The notes beneath the pieces were generated by a model that ran no database searches, was not told the origin of the DNA, and worked only from the letters and a program-made list of their open reading frames with translations. 32,000 nt of DNA. Origin: Planctopirus limnophila DSM 3776. Its GTDB lineage: Bacteria; Planctomycetota; Planctomycetia; Planctomycetales; Planctomycetaceae. A program made the position numbers and the translations under genes. This document shows positions 26,822-32,000 of this stretch, in pieces. The stretch lies in contig NC_014148.1 of the NCBI RefSeq assembly GCF_000092105.1, forward strand, positions 4,920,001 through 4,952,000. The letters are read 5' to 3'. Each line of letters begins with the position of its first letter. The stretch's first letter is position 1.

Positions 26822-27181
26822 CCTGCCAGATCGAGTCGTCGTTCATGGCTGCAACACGTGCGATCGACCGGGGAGGCCCCCGGTATCGGGCGTAGCGGTT
26901 TTAACGCTATTCGCACTTGTCCTGTTTATTCGGCGTATGCCAGTTGCAAGGTTGAGGGATTGTGCCGTCACTACCGGGCATTTCGTTACATCCCGCAAAC
27001 TCAACAGGCCTTGAACCTGTGGGAAATGCGCGAAATCGGCAGGAAGCTCTCCAAATGCACATTCTCAGCAAGCCGATGCGACTCTTGCTGCAAAATCTGC
27101 GTCTGCGGGACACAGGCAAAAAGTGCCAGTCACACTATCAAGGGAGGCGATCTTTATACGCCTGGCTACCAGAAGCGAGAG

Positions 27182-28654
27182 CTACGAATTCAAACTCTTC
27201 AGCCGCTGAAAAATCTCTTTGGGCTGAGACTTGGCATCCCACAAGCCACCATGTGGCAACGAGTGCGGGGTCGCATCGTTCAGGTGCTTCCACGTCACAC
27301 CCACGACGGCAGGCTTCGCAATCAATAACTGCATGATCTGAGTCGCCCACTCGGCTTGCTCACTCTCGCTCGGGCCGTTCTTCCACAATCGTGGATCAAC
27401 TCCGGTCTCGGTGGTGGTTTCGAGATCTGCAATTCCTGCCGATGGGCATGAAAGTGTCACGTGCAAAGGGATCCCTAACCCACCCCACAGATCGATCAGC
27501 CTGGAAAAATCGAGCAGATCTCGATGCTGGGTGGCAGCCGGCTGATATCCGACCGCGATCTCCAGGTTGGCACCACTCAGACCCACTCCCGATCGAACGA
27601 GGGCATCCACGGTCTGGATGGGTGAGAGTCGATGCTGACCCTTGGCCATATAATCTCCCCATGGCTGATCGACTCGCAGAATCAGTTGGGATTCTTCATC
27701 AACCTGCCGGGCAATATCCAGCACTCTGGCAAGAAGTGCCAGTCGCTGATCTTCGGGCAACTTCAATGCTCCACCCGTATTAAATCGAGTCGCGATTTCC
27801 CACAGTCTGACCCGGCCCTGGTATCGAAGCATCGCGGTTTCGATAAAATCGCAGATAAAGCTCTGCAGATTGAACGGATCATGTTCCCATGGAGCCAGCC
27901 AGCCGGGTAATCCCCCCGGGCCAAAATCGAGCAGCGGCCCGGCACGAACCACCATCTTGCGCGATTCACACCACTCCAACTGCTGATCGGTCAACTCCCA
28001 CGAATAATCACCTTCCTGGGGTTCGACTTCTTTCCAGTTCAGCCGCAGACAGGCGGAATTGAAAGGACTCGTAATCAACGACCAGTTCTCATGGGGAGCC
28101 GCATGCTCGAGCTCGATTCCAAGAATCGCCGGCAAGTGAGGGTACCGCTGCTGGCGACTGGCCAGTGCCTGTCGTGAATATGCCTGGCCCAACTCCTTCG
28201 CAGCATCACAGGCGTTCACAATTGCTTGAGAAGCCAGCTCACACATGCGGCCCAGGTCGTCTTCTAACACTGCTTGCCGAAAATGAGCCTGAGCCTGCTT
28301 CAGCAGATCATAATAATTGACAGGAATTCGCAGCCCGGATAACTCCCACTGAGATGCCTGATCGCGCAACAGTACGATCTTGCCGCGAGCCAGTTCCAAG
28401 GCCAGAACATAAGGTTCCTGCCGTTCCGGTAACGATCCTGTACAAAGCAGCAGACGACCGTGCCCCGGCACAGGCCAGGCAATATGAAACTTACCGCTTT
28501 CAGAAGTATTCCTGCGGCACCCAAGCACATTTCCTTCCACTTCCATGCGGGAAGGGAAAATGCGACCATCCGGGCCAGCCAGATAACCGTGGTAGACTTC
28601 TGGCCAGTCTTTGAGGATCTCTTCGGAATCAACCACAAACCTCAGGAGCCCCAT
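27182..28654 (-). CDS. Cytoplasmic TIM-barrel glycoside-hydrolase-like protein (clan GH-A / GH10-like); function uncertain
   Basis: 490 aa with no signal peptide. The C-terminal ~300 aa show an alternating beta/alpha pattern (SACLRLNWKEVEP..G.Y.W...D..LEW, VVRAGPLL, VRLWEIATRFN, LSGANLEIAVGY, IPLHVTLSCPS, VVGVTWKHL). This is reminiscent of planctomycete proteins annotated as endo-1,4-beta-xylanase. The track start TTG 28657 is replaced here by ATG 28654. Confidence 0.6.
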   Translation of the reverse strand: MGLLRFVVDSEEILKDWPEVYHGYLAGPDGRIFPSRMEVEGNVLGCRRNTSESGKFHIAWPVPGHGRLLLCTGSLPERQEPYVLALELARGKIVLLRDQASQWELSGLRIPVNYYDLLKQAQAHFRQAVLEDDLGRMCELASQAIVNACDAAKELGQAYSRQALASRQQRYPHLPAILGIELEHAAPHENWSLITSPFNSACLRLNWKEVEPQEGDYSWELTDQQLEWCESRKMVVRAGPLLDFGPGGLPGWLAPWEHDPFNLQSFICDFIETAMLRYQGRVRLWEIATRFNTGGALKLPEDQRLALLARVLDIARQVDEESQLILRVDQPWGDYMAKGQHRLSPIQTVDALVRSGVGLSGANLEIAVGYQPAATQHRDLLDFSRLIDLWGGLGIPLHVTLSCPSAGIADLETTTETGVDPRLWKNGPSESEQAEWATQIMQLLIAKPAVVGVTWKHLNDATPHSLPHGGLWDAKSQPKEIFQRLKSLNS

Positions 28655-28825
28655 CAATCATCCTCGCTGGCTGAGTCTCGAATGAGCATTCTCTTTTCGT
28701 GAGGCAGAAGTCGGTCAACGGGCCGCTCGCTGTGTTTTCTGCAGTCGATCTCGAAAGTGGCAAAACTTTTCGTGTGGAAATGAATCAACACCTAAAAATT
28801 GTTGACCAGTGCTGTTTGAGCCAGA

Positions 28826-28929
28826 TCACTGGCAATTGAAATCCTCGCAACATATTGCGAAAGTCTAGTCCTCACTGGCAGTTGGTTCAAGCTGTGACCA
28901 TGCTGAAGAGAGAACTCTCACTGGCAGTT
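28826..28929 (+). promoter_or_regulatory. Three copies of TCACTGGCA(A/G)TT at exact 46-bp spacing upstream of purC (candidate operator array)
   Basis: tcactggcaatt is at 28826-28837, tcactggcagtt at 28872-28883 and tcactggcagtt at 28918-28929. Copies 2 and 3 share ctcactggcagtt. The last copy starts 86 nt before the purC ATG. Confidence 0.35.
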
Positions 28930-29003
28930 CGAACATATTTTCGCTCGGTACTGCCCCCATGTCGTCCATGATCTGATCATCATTCATCGATTAAGCCGGT
29001 TGT

Positions 29004-29918
29004 ATGACCAACAATTCCCAGCCTTTCAACTCCCCCTCTCGCCCGGCGGTCACCCAAAGCCATCTCCCTGGCATGACACCCCGCCAGGGCAAGGTTCGAG
29101 ATGTTTACGACTTTGGCAATCAGCTCCTGTTCGTCGCCACGGATCGCATCAGTGCCTTTGACTGGATCCTCCCCACAGGCATTCCCGATAAAGGAAAACT
29201 CCTCACGCAGATGAGTTGCTTCTGGTTCGATCTGCTGAAGGTTCGCCATCATCTGGTCTCCACCAACCCGGCCACATTGCCCTTACCCGCCGGTACAGAC
29301 CTTTCCTTGCTCGAAGGTCGCAGCCTCGTCGTACAGAAAACCAGAGTCATTCCCATCGAGTGTGTCGTGCGTGGCTATCTGGCCGGAAGTGGCTGGAAGG
29401 AATATCGCGCTTCACAGACAATCTGTGGAATTTCACTCCCACCGGGACTTGTCGAATGTGACAAACTCCCCGTGCCAATCTTCACCCCCGCTACGAAAGC
29501 CGAAAGTGGCCACGACGAGAACATCTCCTTTGAACAGATGCAGCGGGATATCGATCCACAGCTCGCCGAAAAGCTTCGCGACCTCAGCCTCTCCATCTAC
29601 CGGCAGGCAGCCGATTACGCCTTGAAAAAGGGAATCGTGCTGGCCGATACCAAATTCGAGTTCGGTCTATTGGGCGAAGAAATCATCCTCATCGATGAAG
29701 TCCTCACGCCCGACAGTTCGCGCTTCTGGCCTCTCGATCAATATCGGCCCGGCCATGGCCAGCCTTCGTTCGATAAGCAGTTTGTTCGCGACTGGCTCGA
29801 AACCCAGCCGTGGGACAAAAACTCCCCACCTCCTCCACTCCCGGAAGATGTCGTACTCCAAACCAGGGCCAAGTACGTCGAAGCCTACGAACGACTCACA
29901 GGAAGCACTTTTTCATGA
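29004..29918 (+). CDS. purC: Phosphoribosylaminoimidazole-succinocarboxamide (SAICAR) synthase
   Basis: [47 protein letters not shown]..., LADTKFEFG and [16 protein letters not shown] are the canonical SAICAR synthetase blocks. Confidence 0.95.
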   Translation: MTNNSQPFNSPSRPAVTQSHLPGMTPRQGKVRDVYDFGNQLLFVATDRISAFDWILPTGIPDKGKLLTQMSCFWFDLLKVRHHLVSTNPATLPLPAGTDLSLLEGRSLVVQKTRVIPIECVVRGYLAGSGWKEYRASQTICGISLPPGLVECDKLPVPIFTPATKAESGHDENISFEQMQRDIDPQLAEKLRDLSLSIYRQAADYALKKGIVLADTKFEFGLLGEEIILIDEVLTPDSSRFWPLDQYRPGHGQPSFDKQFVRDWLETQPWDKNSPPPPLPEDVVLQTRAKYVEAYERLTGSTFS

Positions 29919-30014
29919 AGTCAGACACACTCATAAAACAATCCTTTGTTTGTAGATGAGTCTTTGTGAAGGCCTCACCCTGCTCATGCACGGAGTCGGT
30001 GGAAAGAACTGCCC

Positions 30015-31466
30015 ATGTCGGCTCAAGATGGCTCATCACCCAGCGTACCAACTCCAGGAACCCGCCCGGATTCCACCAAGGCGCTCTTTAATCCTTTAAC
30101 TCCGCAGAATCTGGCTCTTCGCGATCAGGAATTCAATTGGGATCTCGCTGCCGAAAGTATCACTGTTCGCATTCGCTGGTTCGGTGTTCTCGTGGGGTTC
30201 GTGCTGGTGAACTTCGTGGGCAGTGGTGAGAACCAGTTCATCCTCAATGCCATTCTCACTCTTGGTGCGATCTACGCGATTGTCGACACCTGGTACAGCT
30301 TGCGAGGACTGGTCTTTCTCGATGCCGCACCACTACTGATCTCGATGATGGAAGCCGTCTTTATCGGATTGCTCTGTTACTTTGATGAGGGCCTGCTCAG
30401 TCCCTTTCGATTTTACTATTTTTTATCACTTTTGGTTTGTGCGCTGCGTCATCCCGCCTGGATGACCTACATCTCACTTCTGTTTCACACAGCCAGCTAT
30501 GCCGCTTTAACTTTCAGTGTCACCCTCACCAATGAGCGGATGCTGGCGCTGGTGTTTATGCTCGTGCTGATGCTCTGGGTGACATGGGCGACGGTCTCAC
30601 TTTCCGACCTGTTAATGCGGGCCGGGCGCAGGCTGGCCATGCTTAATGATGTTCTCAGGCAAAACCAGGGCGAACTCGAACAGCGGATTAACGAGCGCAC
30701 CAGGCAATTGCAGGAATCGCAGGCCATGCTGGTGCAGCACGAAAAACAGGCCGCATTCGGGTTGCTGGCTGCAGGCATCGCCCATGAGGTTGGCAATCCT
30801 CTGGCTGCCATCAGTTCGCTTGTGCAACTGCTCAATCGCCGGGATATCGATGCGCACACGCGGGAAAAGCTGCATCTCGTTGACGATCAATTGCGGCGCA
30901 TTCAGCGAACATTACGCGAACTGGTCGATTTCAGCCGCCCTGCCACGAACGTTGAAACCAATTGCGACATTCACGAAGTCCTGGGGGCCGCTCTCAGTAT
31001 TGCCAAGTATTACAAACGGAAAAAGGGTAAGCGAATTGTCACGGCTTTTGCCGAGAACATTCCCCGGGTTCGCGCTGTCCGCGATCAACTGGTGCAGGTT
31101 TTCCTGAACCTGATTCTTAACGCGCTGGACGCCACAGAAGAAGGGGGCCAGATCCATATTTCGACCTCGATTGCCGACGGCTGGTTGAGGATCGATATCC
31201 GCGATGATGGGCATGGGATTGAACCTGCCGCCCGCTCGCGAATTTTTCAGCCTTACTTCACCACCAAATCGACAGGGACTGGCCTGGGGTTGTTCGTTTG
31301 CCGGAACATTATCGAACAGCAGTTGTATGGTCGTATTGAACTAACGGCATCCAGTTCATCGGGTTCCACATTCACGGTGTTTCTCACGAGTGACGCCATT
31401 CAATCGATTGGCCAGCGACCTGCAGGGATCGAAGTGGGCGAGTTACCAGCAGAAGAGCTTGCATGA
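30015..31466 (+). CDS. Sensor histidine kinase with a polytopic N-terminal membrane domain
   Basis: About 5 TM helices are followed by a coiled coil. The H-box is FGLLAAGIAHEVGNPLAAISSLVQLL, the N-box is VFLNLILNALDA, and the G-boxes are DDGHGI and TGTGLGLFVCRNIIE. Confidence 0.9.
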   Translation: MSAQDGSSPSVPTPGTRPDSTKALFNPLTPQNLALRDQEFNWDLAAESITVRIRWFGVLVGFVLVNFVGSGENQFILNAILTLGAIYAIVDTWYSLRGLVFLDAAPLLISMMEAVFIGLLCYFDEGLLSPFRFYYFLSLLVCALRHPAWMTYISLLFHTASYAALTFSVTLTNERMLALVFMLVLMLWVTWATVSLSDLLMRAGRRLAMLNDVLRQNQGELEQRINERTRQLQESQAMLVQHEKQAAFGLLAAGIAHEVGNPLAAISSLVQLLNRRDIDAHTREKLHLVDDQLRRIQRTLRELVDFSRPATNVETNCDIHEVLGAALSIAKYYKRKKGKRIVTAFAENIPRVRAVRDQLVQVFLNLILNALDATEEGGQIHISTSIADGWLRIDIRDDGHGIEPAARSRIFQPYFTTKSTGTGLGLFVCRNIIEQQLYGRIELTASSSSGSTFTVFLTSDAIQSIGQRPAGIEVGELPAEELA

Positions 31467-31483
31467 AACCACCCCGCAAGCTC
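31453..31483 (+). terminator. Hairpin overlapping the histidine-kinase stop codon (weak terminator candidate, no U-tract)
   Basis: agagcttgc (31453-31461) pairs with gcaagctct (31475-31483): a 9-bp perfect stem with a 13-nt loop. Confidence 0.3.
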
Positions 31484-31514
31484 TGATACCCACTTCTGTG
31501 ATAGTTCATGCTGG

Positions 31515-31684
31515 ATGACCAAATGCGTGGCTGGGGTCAAACGTCCTCGTTTGCCCCCAGTTCATTTGACTTTGATTGTTAATGGCAAACATGCTTGAAC
31601 GTCAGAAAAACATATTAAGGATGCATTTGTGCTGGCAGCGCCATGGAACTGGGGGCGGATGAAGACATCCGACCCCAGCCACCC
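31515..31684. repeat. REPIN/MITE-like paired-hairpin element, long form (copy 3 of 3)
   Basis: The left arm is gcgtggctggggtcaaacgtcctcgtttgcccccag (31515-31550). The right arm is ctgggggcggatgaagacatccgaccccagccaccc (31649-31684). The spacer begins ttcatttgactttgattgtt and ends ggatgcatttgtgctgg, like copy 2. Confidence 0.85.
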
Positions 31685-31793
31685 CCAGGTGACGTTTGAC
31701 GCAGAACAACCATTGGGTGAATCGTGCTGTGTGGTGGATATCAAACAGCAGCTTTGAGTTAACAAATTCTGGTAAGAATCAACGTACAATTCG

Positions 31794-32000
31794 GTGAAGG
31801 TCTTCAACCTCAGGTTTTCCAGTGAACCTCAACGATTGGCCCTTCATGTCAGGGAATACTTCGTGTCGGATACGACTGCTCCAGCCTCACTTCCTGAAAA
31901 AGCGGCTCCAGTCGCGAAGCCTTTATGGCAAAAGATCCTCAAGTGGGTGCTTTTTGCAGTCGTGCTGGTTTATGTCAGTCGGCATCTCTGGCAAATGTGG
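31794..32000 (+). CDS. Possible 5' end of a membrane protein gene, running off the window
   Basis: The frame is open from 31776 to the window end and translates ...REYFVSDTTAPASLPEKAAPVAKPLWQKILKWVLFAVVLVYVSRHLWQMW (TM helix). There is no ATG; candidate starts are GTG 31794, TTG 31836 and GTG 31863. Confidence 0.3.
   Translation, partial: MKVFNLRFSSEPQRLALHVREYFVSDTTAPASLPEKAAPVAKPLWQKILKWVLFAVVLVYVSRHLWQMW

Noticed and set aside
28658-29003. ZTP (pfl) or purine riboswitch in the purC leader
   Set aside because: I looked for the ZTP core (GGGUCGUGACUGGCGAAC ... CCGCCUGGGCA-like pseudoknot) and for the purine-riboswitch three-way junction. Only the fragment CACUGGCA recurs, and it recurs as a spaced DNA-like motif without the complementary 3' sub-domain. 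An Infernal scan would settle this.

Overview
The window looks like chromosomal DNA from a member of the Planctomycetota. This is an inference from gene content: several DUF1559 or prepilin-type N-terminus proteins, a TIGR03067-type domain, planctomycete-style LRR lipoproteins and about 53% GC. About 24 CDS can be supported. Housekeeping genes are purB, transaldolase, purC, a GAF-type free-Met-R-sulfoxide reductase, a dienelactone hydrolase and a scramblase-family protein. They are interleaved with envelope and accessory genes. No rRNA, tRNA, CRISPR array, transposase or integrase was recognised. Five things deserve a second look. (1) An orphan CpaC/RcpA-type secretin has no Tad/Flp partners. 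It carries long Y/Q/P/G-rich tails and is flanked by three exported low-complexity proteins, including a Cys-rich lipoprotein with a GGF-repeat tail, that share short peptide motifs with it. (2) A 1567-aa inverse autotransporter (type Ve) has a passenger made of parallel beta-helix repeats rather than Ig-like domains. (3) Two tandem DUF1559-like paralogs have lost the prepilin cleavage motif, gained a novel C-terminal domain, and share islands of perfect nucleotide identity. (4) A REPIN/MITE-like family of paired hairpins occurs three times, always intergenic, with compensatory base changes. (5) A 700-bp non-coding repeat nest contains two 133-nt direct repeats, and a 12-nt motif is repeated at exact 46-bp spacing upstream of purC. 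All family assignments come from reading the translations by eye; no searches were run.
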